A stretch of 45,008 bases of DNA from Candidatus Segetimicrobium genomatis (GTDB lineage Bacteria; Sysuimicrobiota; Sysuimicrobiia; Sysuimicrobiales; Kaftiobacteriaceae): contig VBAL01000009.1 in assembly GCA_005888595.1 (NCBI GenBank), positions 1 through 45,008 of the forward strand, given 5' to 3'. The notes under the pieces are model-generated. The model was given only the letters and a program-made list of their open reading frames with translations, did no database searches and was not told the DNA's origin. Within the stretch, counting starts at the first letter, position 1; every line of letters starts with the position of its first letter. This document shows, in pieces, positions 27,080 through 36,558 of the stretch. The position numbers and the translations under genes were made by a program.

Positions 27080-28315
27080 TTACGCTCCTGTTGCGGGCTG
27101 TATCTCAACATTCGGACGATCACCTGCAACTTCCTGTTGAAGCGCCCTGATCACGCGGCGCTGCTCTTCTTCCGTCAGACTCGTGGAGCACGGGATGCTT
27201 AGCGCCAGCCGGTTGACCCGGCTGGCCACCGGACAGGAGCGGGCGAAGCTCTCACGATGCGCCGGACTGAGATGCAGCGGCTGCCAAAGGGGCCGGGTCT
27301 CGATGTTGGAAGCGGCCAGCGCCTTCCGCAAGGATCGACTGTCGGTACCGCACCGCTCGGCATCCACCAGGATCGTGTACATCCAGTAGGACGCGGTGGC
27401 CCACGGCGCTTCTTTCATCGGTTGGATACCAGGCAGTTCTTCCAACGCCTCGGCATACCGTGTCGCGATCCGGCGCTTCGTGGCGACAAAGGCCGGAAGG
27501 CGCTCGAGCTGGGCACAACCAAGCGCCGCCTGCACACTCGTGAGCCGATAGTTGTACCCGATTTCGTGATGCACGAATTCCAATGGGTCGTCTTTCGCTT
27601 GCGTAGTGAGGTAGCGAGCGCGCTGCGCTAGTTGTGGGTCGTCCGTGACGAGCATCCCTCCCCCGCCCGTCGTCATTACCTTGTTCGCGTTGAAGCTGAA
27701 GCACGTCAGTCGGCTCCACTGTCCGAGCGGCTTGCCGCGGCACAGGGCGCCCAAGGATTCTGTAGCATCCTCAACCATAGCCAGTCCATACTGCTCGGTG
27801 ATCTTCTGGATAGCCGGCAAATCACAGGGGTGCCCGAGAATGTCCACCGGCAGGACCGCCACGACTCGCCGCCCCGTGTGGCGGTTGTGCAGCTCACCCC
27901 GCGACACCCTACAATCGTCCCGCAGAAAAGCGCGCAGCTCGCCGGGGTCGAGCTGCCAGTAGTCTTGATCCACATCGATGAACGTCGGCCAAGCCCCGAC
28001 GTAGCGGACCGCATTGGCAGGGGCGATGAAGGTCAACGATGGCAGAATTACCTCGTCTCCCGGCTGCACACCGGCCAGCAGGAGCGCTGTGTGCAGCGCA
28101 GCTGTGCCGCTCGTCGTGGCCACGGCGTACGGCACTCCACAGGCGGCGGCGAAGTCTCGCTCGAAGCGCTCGACAAACGGCCCGACCGACGACACCCAGC
28201 CCGTGTTGAGGCACTCCTCTATGTAGGGCCGTTCGTTCCCGCCAATGTTGGGAACGCAGAGGGGGATGGGATGGGCACGTGGTGCGGGACCCGGCCCGCC
28301 CGTCCTAGATGGCAT
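27080..28315 (-). CDS. legC: LegC-family PLP aminotransferase (DegT/DnrJ)
   Basis: GWVSSVG, TTSGTAALH, VEDATESLG, FSFNANKVMTTGGGG, GYNYRL; start moved to ATG28315. Confidence 0.85.
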   Translation of the reverse strand: MPSRTGGPGPAPRAHPIPLCVPNIGGNERPYIEECLNTGWVSSVGPFVERFERDFAAACGVPYAVATTSGTAALHTALLLAGVQPGDEVILPSLTFIAPANAVRYVGAWPTFIDVDQDYWQLDPGELRAFLRDDCRVSRGELHNRHTGRRVVAVLPVDILGHPCDLPAIQKITEQYGLAMVEDATESLGALCRGKPLGQWSRLTCFSFNANKVMTTGGGGMLVTDDPQLAQRARYLTTQAKDDPLEFVHHEIGYNYRLTSVQAALGCAQLERLPAFVATKRRIATRYAEALEELPGIQPMKEAPWATASYWMYTILVDAERCGTDSRSLRKALAASNIETRPLWQPLHLSPAHRESFARSCPVASRVNRLALSIPCSTSLTEEEQRRVIRALQQEVAGDRPNVEIQPATGA

Positions 28316-29294
28316 AATCGACGGGAAACCGGTCCAGGTGGGCGCGCAGCCACTCCGCCGTGCGCCGCAGCCCCTCGTCAAGAGAGACCTTCGCTTGCCA
28401 ACCGAGTAGGTCAGTGGCGCGAGACGGATCCGATTGCAGCACCATCACCTCGCTGTGGCGCGGGCGGATTCGCTCCGGGCACACCACAACGTTGGCTTCG
28501 TGCTGGCACACGCGCTGCGCGGCTGCGACAATATCCCGCACCGATTCCGCGCGGCCGGTGCCCAGGTGGATCGTCTCGCCCTCGATTCCCGCTGCCGTGC
28601 CGGCGGCGACAAACCCGGCCACCGTATCGGACACGAACGTGAGGTCTCGCCGCGGCTCCAGGTTCCCGAGCGTGATGTGTGGCGCCTGCCGGAGGAGCTG
28701 GAGCAGGATAGTGGGAATGACTGCCCGGGCGGACTGCCGCGGCCCGAACGTGTTGAACGGGCGGAGGATGACGACCGGAACGTCATAGGTGCAGCGGAAC
28801 GCCTCGCACAGCTTGTCGGCGGCTATCTTGGTGGCGCTGTACGGCGACTGCCCTCGCAAGGGATGCGATTCACGAATCGGTATCGTCTCCGGCGTGCCGT
28901 ACACCTCGCTGGTAGAGGTGTGCACCAGCCTGGCGCACCGGGCGCGTCGCACCGCCTCGAGCACGTTGAGCGTGCCGCGGACGTTGGTATCGACGAACGA
29001 CTCGGGAGCCTGGTAGCTATGCGGAATCGAGATCAACGCCGCCAGGTGGAAGACGACCTCCATGCCCCGACAACTCTCCTCGACGAACCGGGCGTCGCGA
29101 ATATCTCCCAATCGCACGTCCAGGGCAGCACGCACGTCAGGCTCGATGGTATCCAGCCACCCTAAGGAGCCCTGGCTGTTGTAGAAGCAGACGGCCCGGA
29201 CGGCAGCACCTGCCTCCACGAGCGCTTCAGTCAGGTGGCTTCCGATGAAGCCGTCGGCGCCGGTGACGAGGACGCGGCGCCCCGACCACGTCAT
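28305..29294 (-). CDS. legB: LegB-type NAD-dependent NDP-GlcNAc 4,6-dehydratase
   Basis: VTGADGFIGSHL, YNSQGSLGWLD, TSTSEVYG, GQSPYSATK, RPFNTFGPRQSARAVIP. Confidence 0.88.
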   Translation of the reverse strand: MTWSGRRVLVTGADGFIGSHLTEALVEAGAAVRAVCFYNSQGSLGWLDTIEPDVRAALDVRLGDIRDARFVEESCRGMEVVFHLAALISIPHSYQAPESFVDTNVRGTLNVLEAVRRARCARLVHTSTSEVYGTPETIPIRESHPLRGQSPYSATKIAADKLCEAFRCTYDVPVVILRPFNTFGPRQSARAVIPTILLQLLRQAPHITLGNLEPRRDLTFVSDTVAGFVAAGTAAGIEGETIHLGTGRAESVRDIVAAAQRVCQHEANVVVCPERIRPRHSEVMVLQSDPSRATDLLGWQAKVSLDEGLRRTAEWLRAHLDRFPVDYAI

Positions 29295-30343
29295 ACAGCC
29301 CCCCTCGCCTTCCGTAGTTCTTCCGTGCGTCCGATGTCTGCCCACTCGTCTTCAACGAGAAAGGCCCCAACCCTACAGCCGCGCACCCGCACCTGCGTGA
29401 GCAGGTCAGTGATCGGAAACGCCTGGCCGCGAGGCACCAGCGCCAACGCCTCTGGAGCCAATACGTAAATACCTGCGTTGACCAACAACTCCATCGTGGG
29501 TTTCTCACGTAGTTGCTCGAGCTCTCCGTCGTGGACCTCGGCCACACCGAAGGGGATCTCGACTGTGTAGGGTCGGACTCCAACGGTGGCGCTGTACCGG
29601 CCGCGCGTGTGAAAATCCAGCAAGCGGCCGACGCTGATCTGAGTGACCAGATCGCCGTTCATAACCAGGACGGGCTCGCCCGGAGTGTTGGGCAACAGGC
29701 TGAGCGGTCCGCCTGTGCCCAGCGGAACGTCTTCTCGGAGGTACTCAATCGTGCACCCAAACCGAGCGCCATCCCCGAAGTGGTCCTCGATGACCTTGGC
29801 GAGGTGGTTCACGGACAGGAAGATGCGGCGGACTCCCCAGCCAACTAGGTGCAGCACCAACCGCTCTAGGATCGGCCGGCCTGCCACCGTGATCATCGGC
29901 TTGGGGGTCGTCTCGGTCAACGGACGCAGCCGCGTGCCCTTCCCCCCGGCTAGAATGAGCGCCCAGTTACGCCGCTCGCCGTTTCCGATCAGCTCGCGCA
30001 TCAGATGGAGCCCGATCAAGTGTCCCTCGGCGTCCAGCACCGGCACCTGAGCAATCTGACGGGCCCGCATGAGGTCGAGCACTTCGGCTCGGCTGGGGGA
30101 CTGATCCACCGCCACAAAGTCGCTCCGCATCGTGGACTTGAGACAGTGGCTGTCGAGCGTCTTGCCGGCGAGCAGGGCGCGGCGAATATCGCCGTCGGCG
30201 ACTGTGCCTACTACGCGTCCGGCCGCGTCGCAGACGAACGCGATCCCGCAACGACCCTCATTAATAGCCTGAAGCCCCTCCAACAGTGTGCCGTCAGGGC
30301 GAACAACCATCTTGGCGAGGCGCTCGTTCAGGAAGTCTTCCAT
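29291..30343 (-). CDS. CBS-domain nucleotidyltransferase (PtmE-like)
   Basis: N-terminal CBS pair, then ILAGGKGTRLRPLT..PKPM, LGTGGPL, VMNGDL, NAGIY. Confidence 0.88.
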   Translation of the reverse strand: MEDFLNERLAKMVVRPDGTLLEGLQAINEGRCGIAFVCDAAGRVVGTVADGDIRRALLAGKTLDSHCLKSTMRSDFVAVDQSPSRAEVLDLMRARQIAQVPVLDAEGHLIGLHLMRELIGNGERRNWALILAGGKGTRLRPLTETTPKPMITVAGRPILERLVLHLVGWGVRRIFLSVNHLAKVIEDHFGDGARFGCTIEYLREDVPLGTGGPLSLLPNTPGEPVLVMNGDLVTQISVGRLLDFHTRGRYSATVGVRPYTVEIPFGVAEVHDGELEQLREKPTMELLVNAGIYVLAPEALALVPRGQAFPITDLLTQVRVRGCRVGAFLVEDEWADIGRTEELRKARGAV

Positions 30344-30981
30344 TGCCGCGGTCCTTGAATGCCAATGCCACCTGGGAGGACTTGCGTTCCCGATGCCACG
30401 TCGCGGACAACGATCGCCCCCATGCCGACAAACGCGTCAGCACCGACCGTGCAGTGGTCTCGTATGAGAGCCCCGAGCCCGACAAAAGCGCGCGCGCCGA
30501 CCGAAGCTCCACCGCCCACCAGTCCCCCCACCTGCGCATAGTCCCCGATCGCGACGTCATGCCCAACGCCGGCTGACGCACTGATCACGCAGTGTACGCC
30601 GATGCGCGCGCCGACCTGCACCACGGCCCCGCTCTCGACCACCGTGCCCTCGCCGACCGCCACGTCGGGCGCGACTCGAGCGTCCCGGTGCACGACCGTG
30701 GCCCATCCACCGACGGTCGACGTCAGTCGTGCCACGGTCTCGCATCGGGCTGAAGTGGGCCGCAAACTCCCGAAGGCCAGGACGGCCAGCGCGTCCGGGT
30801 AGCGGACCAGAGCGCTATCATCGCCGAGATGAGGAGCCCGCAACCGTGATGCCATACCGCCATCCGGGCTGGGATCGACAAAACCAATCAGCTCGAACGC
30901 ATCCGGATTCGAGCGGAGGGCGTCCGCCACCACGCGTGCGTACTCGCCGCCGCCGATCAGGATGACCGCGCGCCGGCTCAT
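30328..30981 (-). CDS. NeuD/PglD-family hexapeptide-repeat acetyltransferase
   Basis: N-terminal Rossmann-like IGGGEYAR and C-terminal left-handed beta-helix repeats (VGHD, VGARAFVGLGA). Confidence 0.85.
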   Translation of the reverse strand: MSRRAVILIGGGEYARVVADALRSNPDAFELIGFVDPSPDGGMASRLRAPHLGDDSALVRYPDALAVLAFGSLRPTSARCETVARLTSTVGGWATVVHRDARVAPDVAVGEGTVVESGAVVQVGARIGVHCVISASAGVGHDVAIGDYAQVGGLVGGGASVGARAFVGLGALIRDHCTVGADAFVGMGAIVVRDVASGTQVLPGGIGIQGPRQWKTS

Positions 30982-32126
30982 TGGACCTCGTGAAAGCGCT
31001 TGCGTGGCGGCCGCGGTGGATCCCAGCTTGCGATCGCCGCGACAATCCGGGGAGCGGCTGGTCCTGACGGAAAAGGTGCATGAGTCCCAGCCGTTTTTCC
31101 CTCACGCACGAGCCTGATCGCCTGACCCAAGGCGGCGGCGATAGCCCCCGGCTCCGCGGGGACATCCGAGACGCCCGTTCCGCGGAGACGGCCTTGCTGC
31201 CGATCGCCCACATTGACGACCGGTACACCCGCCGCCGGAGCCTCGGCGAGCCCACTGGACGAGTTGCCCAAGACCGCAGAAGCGAGGCGCAGGAGGCCCC
31301 AGTATCGGGCCACACCGAGCCCATCCACGAGGACGACATTGTGGCGGCCGCGGGCCCACTCGCGCCAGTAGTCCTGAATCACGACTCCGCCGGCGTCCGC
31401 GTTCGCTTGCGTCACGATGTAGGTCGCGGGCACCGTCTCCATCGCGCCAGCGACGGCCTCGACCTCGGATCGGGGATCTCCCCCCAGGGTGGTGGGATGC
31501 AGTGTGACCAAGACGAGCGGCGGCGTTAACGAACAACCGAGCTCCTTTTCGAGTACGCAGCGGGTCGGCAGATCGGTCCGGTACAGGTTGTCCAGCCCCG
31601 GTGCCCCCACTACGACCACCGTGCTTGGATCTTCCCCCATCTGGCGGACGCGTCGGGCGTGCACCTCGTGGCTCACAAGATGGAGATGGCTCAGCTTTGT
31701 GATGGCGTGTCGCATGGCGTTGTCGATCGCGCCCTCCGATTCCTCGCCACCGGACAGGTGGATGATGGGAACGGTGGCGATGGTTGCGGCAACGGCAGCT
31801 GCGAGCGTCTCCGCACGGTCCCCCACCAGCAGCAACGCGTCGCACCGGTGTCGTTCGAGCGCACCCGTGACTTGGTCCAGCGCGCCGGCGGCATCGCGGC
31901 CGGGATGCGGCGGCTCGCCGACGAAAGGCAACTCTTGCGCGATCTCAAAGCCATCTCGCCGGACGTGATCGACGAAATGCCCGAACCGCTCCTGTAAGTG
32001 CATGCCGCCTGCCCACAGCACGAGACGGAGCGTTGGGTGTTCCTGCAGTAGCAGCAACGTGCTTCGCAGGATCCCGTAATCCTGCCGACCCGTCGTGAGA
32101 ACGGCGATCGTGCGGGCGCTATTCAA
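30978..32126 (-). CDS. neuC: Hydrolysing NDP-sugar 2-epimerase (NeuC/LegG)
   Basis: TTGRQDYG, VGDRAE, GGEESEGAIDN..RHAITKLSHLH, GNSSSG..EAP, NVGDRQQGR. Confidence 0.92.
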   Translation of the reverse strand: MNSARTIAVLTTGRQDYGILRSTLLLLQEHPTLRLVLWAGGMHLQERFGHFVDHVRRDGFEIAQELPFVGEPPHPGRDAAGALDQVTGALERHRCDALLLVGDRAETLAAAVAATIATVPIIHLSGGEESEGAIDNAMRHAITKLSHLHLVSHEVHARRVRQMGEDPSTVVVVGAPGLDNLYRTDLPTRCVLEKELGCSLTPPLVLVTLHPTTLGGDPRSEVEAVAGAMETVPATYIVTQANADAGGVVIQDYWREWARGRHNVVLVDGLGVARYWGLLRLASAVLGNSSSGLAEAPAAGVPVVNVGDRQQGRLRGTGVSDVPAEPGAIAAALGQAIRLVREGKTAGTHAPFPSGPAAPRIVAAIASWDPPRPPRKRFHEVQ

Positions 32127-33819
32127 GGTCGGCCTCGCGCAACAGAGCTCCCCCAGGTACCCGGGCTCTCAGCCGCCGGCCGACCAAGGGTCCTGCATGA
32201 GAGGCCGGAATGCCACTCCCAGGACGCAGCAGCACGAGGTCGCTCATCGCCAAGACGTCTCCCACTTCGAGGTCCCGGGCCGCATGCAGGCTGCGGCGCG
32301 CCCAGCGCGCGGTGGTGAGTTCCGATGTCGCAGGTGCCTTCACTCCGTCCCCAAGCGCGGCCTGCGTCGCGCGGACCTCTTTCACCAACGCCCGCACTTC
32401 AGCCGGCTCTAAGGAGGCCTGATGGTCCGGGCCCGGGAGCGAACGATCTAAGGTGACGTGTTTTTCTAGGAGTTCCGCCCCCATCGCGACGGCGGCGACG
32501 CCCAGGGTGATCCCTTCACTGTGATCACTCCATCCCACCGGGACGTGCAGCAATGATCGCATGGTTCCCATCGCGCGCAGGTTGCACTCTTGGGGAGCCG
32601 CAGGGTAGTTGGAGACACAGTGGAACAAGGCAACCGGGGGATTCCCATGCGCGCGGACGATATCGAGGGCGTCGACCACCTCTGGAAGGCTCGCCATCCC
32701 GGTCGAGATGAGCATCGGCTTGCCCTTGCGGGCCACGTGGGCGAGGAACGGCGGATTCGTGATCTCACCCGACGGGATCTTGAAAGCGGGCACGCCGATA
32801 CTATCGAGCAAGTCCGCGCTGCCTGCGTCGAACGGCGTGGAGAGGAACATGAGGTGGCGCGCAATCGCGTGCGCCCGCAGTTGCGCGAAGGCGTCGGGTG
32901 CAAGCGCGAGTTTGCGCCCCATCGCCAGCAGCGATTCGTCGCGTCGGGACACGACATGTTCGGGATCGAAGGTCTGGAACTTGACTGCGTCCGCGCCGGC
33001 CTCAGCGGCCGCGTCCACCAAACCATGAGCGAGGTCGACATCGCCGTTATGATTGATGCCGGCTTCTGCGATAATGAAGCAATCCGCGCCCCCCCCGATC
33101 TGCCGATCTCCGACGTGCACCACAGGCGTCTCGGTCTGCGCTAGCATTGCGTCAGCCAGCGCCAAGTCCCCTGCCGTATCGATGTCGATGGAGCGCTGCG
33201 GGAGTAGCGGCACGCCGCGCGTGCATCCGGGGACGACAAACGCCCTGTGGTGCCGCAGAAAGGCTGGGGTAGTGATGTAGACGGCGCCGTTGACGTAGTA
33301 GCTCGGCGCCACGGCTTGCTGAGGCAACCCAGGCGCCCACTGCAACGTACCATCTTCCTCCCGCTGTTCGAGCAGCTCCCCAGGATGAGACCTGGCGGTG
33401 ACCGACACCACGGAGGGGCTCTTCGCCGGATCGAACTTCGCCCAGCAGCGGGTGATGTCCTCTGCTCTCCGAAGTGGGGACGTTGGTTGCAGCAGCACCA
33501 CGGCATCGGTCGGCGGCAGCTGATCTGCGAGTCGCTCCAGCAAGAACACAACGTTCTCAATTGTCGAGGTGGCATCACCCGCTAGTTCCGGAGGACGGAG
33601 AAACGGCACTGCGGCGCCCCATCGTCTCCCCTCTTCCGCGATCTCGTGCGAATCGGTGTCCACGATGATGTTCGCACGACCGTGCAACGTGCTTGTTGCG
33701 AACTCGCGGGCGGCCACAACGGCCCGGGCGACGAGACTCACCCCCCTGACCGCTAGGAGGTTCTTCCACGGGAGCCGCTTCGATCCTCCCCGAGCGGGAA
33801 TGACAATCACTGTCCTCAC
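32119..33819 (-). CDS. Fused CMP-nonulosonate synthetase (NeuA/LegF) + nonulosonate synthase (NeuB/LegI) with SAF domain
   Basis: IPARGGSKRLPWKN, LLQPTSPLR, NGAVY, SIDIDT..D, then FIIAEAGINHNG, VKFQT, FKIPSGE, HCVSNYPA, GWSDH, EKHVTLD, RPGSGI in one frame; start GTG33819. Confidence 0.9.
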   Translation of the reverse strand: MRTVIVIPARGGSKRLPWKNLLAVRGVSLVARAVVAAREFATSTLHGRANIIVDTDSHEIAEEGRRWGAAVPFLRPPELAGDATSTIENVVFLLERLADQLPPTDAVVLLQPTSPLRRAEDITRCWAKFDPAKSPSVVSVTARSHPGELLEQREEDGTLQWAPGLPQQAVAPSYYVNGAVYITTPAFLRHHRAFVVPGCTRGVPLLPQRSIDIDTAGDLALADAMLAQTETPVVHVGDRQIGGGADCFIIAEAGINHNGDVDLAHGLVDAAAEAGADAVKFQTFDPEHVVSRRDESLLAMGRKLALAPDAFAQLRAHAIARHLMFLSTPFDAGSADLLDSIGVPAFKIPSGEITNPPFLAHVARKGKPMLISTGMASLPEVVDALDIVRAHGNPPVALFHCVSNYPAAPQECNLRAMGTMRSLLHVPVGWSDHSEGITLGVAAVAMGAELLEKHVTLDRSLPGPDHQASLEPAEVRALVKEVRATQAALGDGVKAPATSELTTARWARRSLHAARDLEVGDVLAMSDLVLLRPGSGIPASHAGPLVGRRLRARVPGGALLREADLE

Positions 33820-33927
33820 GGTCGCAGGCTCCACAGGGAAGGGAAGAGGTGGTGGTTCCACTTGCTCGCGATCGTTACGGTGCCCCTGCGCGGCAGGTGC
33901 CGGAGATGAGTTGTCGCCCCCCCACCG

Positions 33928-33944
33928 TGCAAATAGCTTGCCCG
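33928..33944 (-). promoter_or_regulatory. Candidate sigma54 promoter for the nonulosonate operon
   Basis: CGGGCAAGCTATTTGCA on the minus strand = GGCA-N6-TTGC, ~110 nt above GTG33819. Confidence 0.55.
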
Positions 33945-34408
33945 CCCCAGCCGTGTCGCCTTGAGGCCCGTAGCGACTTCCGCGGAGGGACCTTACGCCG
34001 ACACTTCTGCCTCCGTTCCCGACCGTCGCGGAGATGCAACGACTGCCGGCCTGCGGCAACACCCCGCCGCACCTGGGCGCTCAGGGCCCAAGCGAACCGC
34101 AAGTCGGCATGCGATTTAAAGCAAGCCGCTCTCGGGTATGAACGGTGCGTTCGTAGCAGTCGCAGTGACGATGCGGCGCGCTCCCAGAGCGGCGATCATC
34201 CCGTAGCATGCCGAGTCGAGCCGCTTGCCATGGCTGCGCGGCAGAGGAATACCTGCACAGGCGGTCGAATGAAGGTCGAATGTCGGAAGGCTGCCATCGG
34301 TTCTCACCTGCCGGCGGGCAAGCTGCCGAGCAAGGTCTCAGCAGCGAGCTTGGCGACTGGACCGCCGAGAGGATCCTTGCGGTCTCCCCAAGAGGTGTGG
34401 CGCCGTGA

Positions 34409-36334
34409 ATGGAGGCAGTGGTCATGCTGACTAGGGCGCGGCCTACCGGACCCTCGCTCGTCGTGGTGGACGTCGCATGGGTTCGCGCGCGGGGCGTTCT
34501 GGAGTGGCATGCTCGGCAAGTAGTTGGACGCCTGGGAGCTCGTGGCAGGCGCGCTGACGGCCTGCCCCGGGTGCTTCTCCACGTGCCGCCCGGACACGGG
34601 CCGGGCGTTAGATGGCCTGCAGGAGCCCGCGTGGTCCGGGCGGTGGATCGGCTCTCCTCGAGCCAGCTCCGCAACATTCACGAGCGGGTGTTCGCTCGGT
34701 CGTTCGAGTTGATACGCGGCCCGACCGGGAACGTGTTTCCGGAAGTCTGCGGGGTCAGTTTGGGCGCGCTGAACCTGGAGACGATCCAGATGTACCTGGC
34801 CTCGTTCGGCGTCCTCTCCACAGCTCTGGACGATCTGCTTGGCGAAGGTGCAGTAACGGCCTGCCACATCGTCTCGGCAGACGTGGGATTCGCCGGGGCC
34901 CTCGAGCGCCAGGTCGCGGGCAGAGCGAACACAATTTCCACCTGGCCGCCGCGGCGGCTCCTGGAGCTAACCCGATGGGCTGGGTCGAAGTCTGCAGCGT
35001 TGCGCTTCGTTGGTTATCGAAGGGCGGAGCAAGCGGCGCGCGGCGCCATGGCGGCGCTGCTCCGAGAGCAGGGACCCGGCGGCGCGCGCCCCCGTGTGCT
35101 CATCGTCTCCCAATCAACGCCGCTGGCACAGACGTTTGACGCGGTTGAGGGCGCCCTCGCGCAAGCTGGGATCGGACCGGTCATGCGGCTGGACTTTTGC
35201 GCCCCCACGACCGGGGCCAGAGAATCCAGCGGCACGGTCTGTCGCTGCGGGGCTCCGGGCGCCCTCGGGTTCAAGGCGGGGCTGCTTCGCGCGCAGTGGA
35301 GCGACGTGACGCGAGAGATCCGCAGCCGCGTTGCGCCGGCGGCGTCGGAAGTCTCCAGCGAAGCACCGCTTATAGAGGGCCTCGTCGGCCGCTTGTACGA
35401 GTCGGCGTTCGACGTTCAGGCTAGGCACCTGTGGGCAGCCGACACCGCGCTTGAGCTGCTGCAGCCGGACGTGGTCGTCGTGGGCCCCGACCAGGCGTGG
35501 GAGTCGCAAGCCTTCGTGCAGTTAGCCCGTCGGCGCGGGATCCCGTCCCTGAGTGTGCAGGACGGGGTGGCGGGGGACGTCCCGTGGTGGTGGTCGCTGA
35601 CGGCCGACCGCCTGGCAGCCACAAGCCAACACCTGGTGCAGATGCTCGTCCGCCACGGCGTTCCGCCGGAGCGATGTCGTGTGACCGGGCAGCCTCGCTA
35701 TGACTTCCTGGCGCGGTCCGGGCCGGACGACCAGCGCACTGCTCGGGCCGCGCTCGGCCTCGACCCGTCGACGTTCGCGGTGTTGTTCGCCGCACAATGG
35801 ATGCACGGCCCGGACTATGTTTGGGGCGTCCTCTCCGCGCTTCTCGCCGTGCCCGGCATTCACGTCATGCTGCGGCCGCACCCCTCCGATCCGCGCGACC
35901 TGTGGGAGCGCCTCATGCGAGAGCACGCGTCCAACCGCATGACGCTGCATCGGGCGGGCGACAGCTTCGGGCTCGTGCGCGCGTGCGACGCGCTGGTCAC
36001 TCAGCACTCCACCGTCGTCCTCGAGGCAGCGCTCCTGGGGAAGCCGGTGATAATCGCAGATTTCGGAGGCCGCTCCGGCTCGGCGGACTTCGTTGAGGCT
36101 GGGATCGCCACCGCGGTGCGGGGACTGGAGGAGCTGACCAGGGAGGTTCAGCGGCTAGTGAGCGCCGCGTACATGCACACCGCAAAGCCCGCCCGGTCCG
36201 GGGAGGCTCTCGACGCGCTTCTCGGACCCGTTGACGGGCGGGCGGGGGAGCGTGTTGCGATACTCATCGCGAAAGCGTTGCAGCGAACGCCCCGTGCGGC
36301 GGCCCGTCGCCCCGTGGCCGTAGTCGAGCGATGA
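34409..36334 (+). CDS. GT-B fold hypothetical protein, candidate nonulosonate transferase
   Basis: C-terminal VQDG, TGQPRYD, LRPHP, CDALVTQHSTVVLEAALLGKPV resemble the TagF/2-epimerase-like GT-B group; start uncertain (34409 or 34424). Confidence 0.65.
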   Translation: MEAVVMLTRARPTGPSLVVVDVAWVRARGVLEWHARQVVGRLGARGRRADGLPRVLLHVPPGHGPGVRWPAGARVVRAVDRLSSSQLRNIHERVFARSFELIRGPTGNVFPEVCGVSLGALNLETIQMYLASFGVLSTALDDLLGEGAVTACHIVSADVGFAGALERQVAGRANTISTWPPRRLLELTRWAGSKSAALRFVGYRRAEQAARGAMAALLREQGPGGARPRVLIVSQSTPLAQTFDAVEGALAQAGIGPVMRLDFCAPTTGARESSGTVCRCGAPGALGFKAGLLRAQWSDVTREIRSRVAPAASEVSSEAPLIEGLVGRLYESAFDVQARHLWAADTALELLQPDVVVVGPDQAWESQAFVQLARRRGIPSLSVQDGVAGDVPWWWSLTADRLAATSQHLVQMLVRHGVPPERCRVTGQPRYDFLARSGPDDQRTARAALGLDPSTFAVLFAAQWMHGPDYVWGVLSALLAVPGIHVMLRPHPSDPRDLWERLMREHASNRMTLHRAGDSFGLVRACDALVTQHSTVVLEAALLGKPVIIADFGGRSGSADFVEAGIATAVRGLEELTREVQRLVSAAYMHTAKPARSGEALDALLGPVDGRAGERVAILIAKALQRTPRAAARRPVAVVER

Positions 36335-36558
36335 GGTCGCTGGCCGTGATCATTGCGACTTCGATGTGCGCGCCCCAGTGGGAACGGCGGCAGTACGTGT
36401 CGGCCAATCTTGAAGGTGGCGTCGGAATTGGATCACGGGCGCCGCTGACTCTTGGTTGGGAATTGCCGAGCGTGACTGTGCCCTTCGTGCCTACACCCCG
36501 ACGGGCGGCGAGCACCACACTGACAGCGGTCGGGTCGTTGACGCGAGGCCAAGCATAA
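36331..36558 (+). other. 75-aa ORF overlapping both neighbours; small gene or relic
   Basis: ATGA overlap with the upstream stop and TAATG overlap with the downstream start; begins MRSLAVIIAT. Confidence 0.3.

Noticed and set aside
30328-30981. GHD instead of EHD in the acetyltransferase as a sign of inactivity
   Set aside because: GHD is common in NeuD-family members; the His is retained
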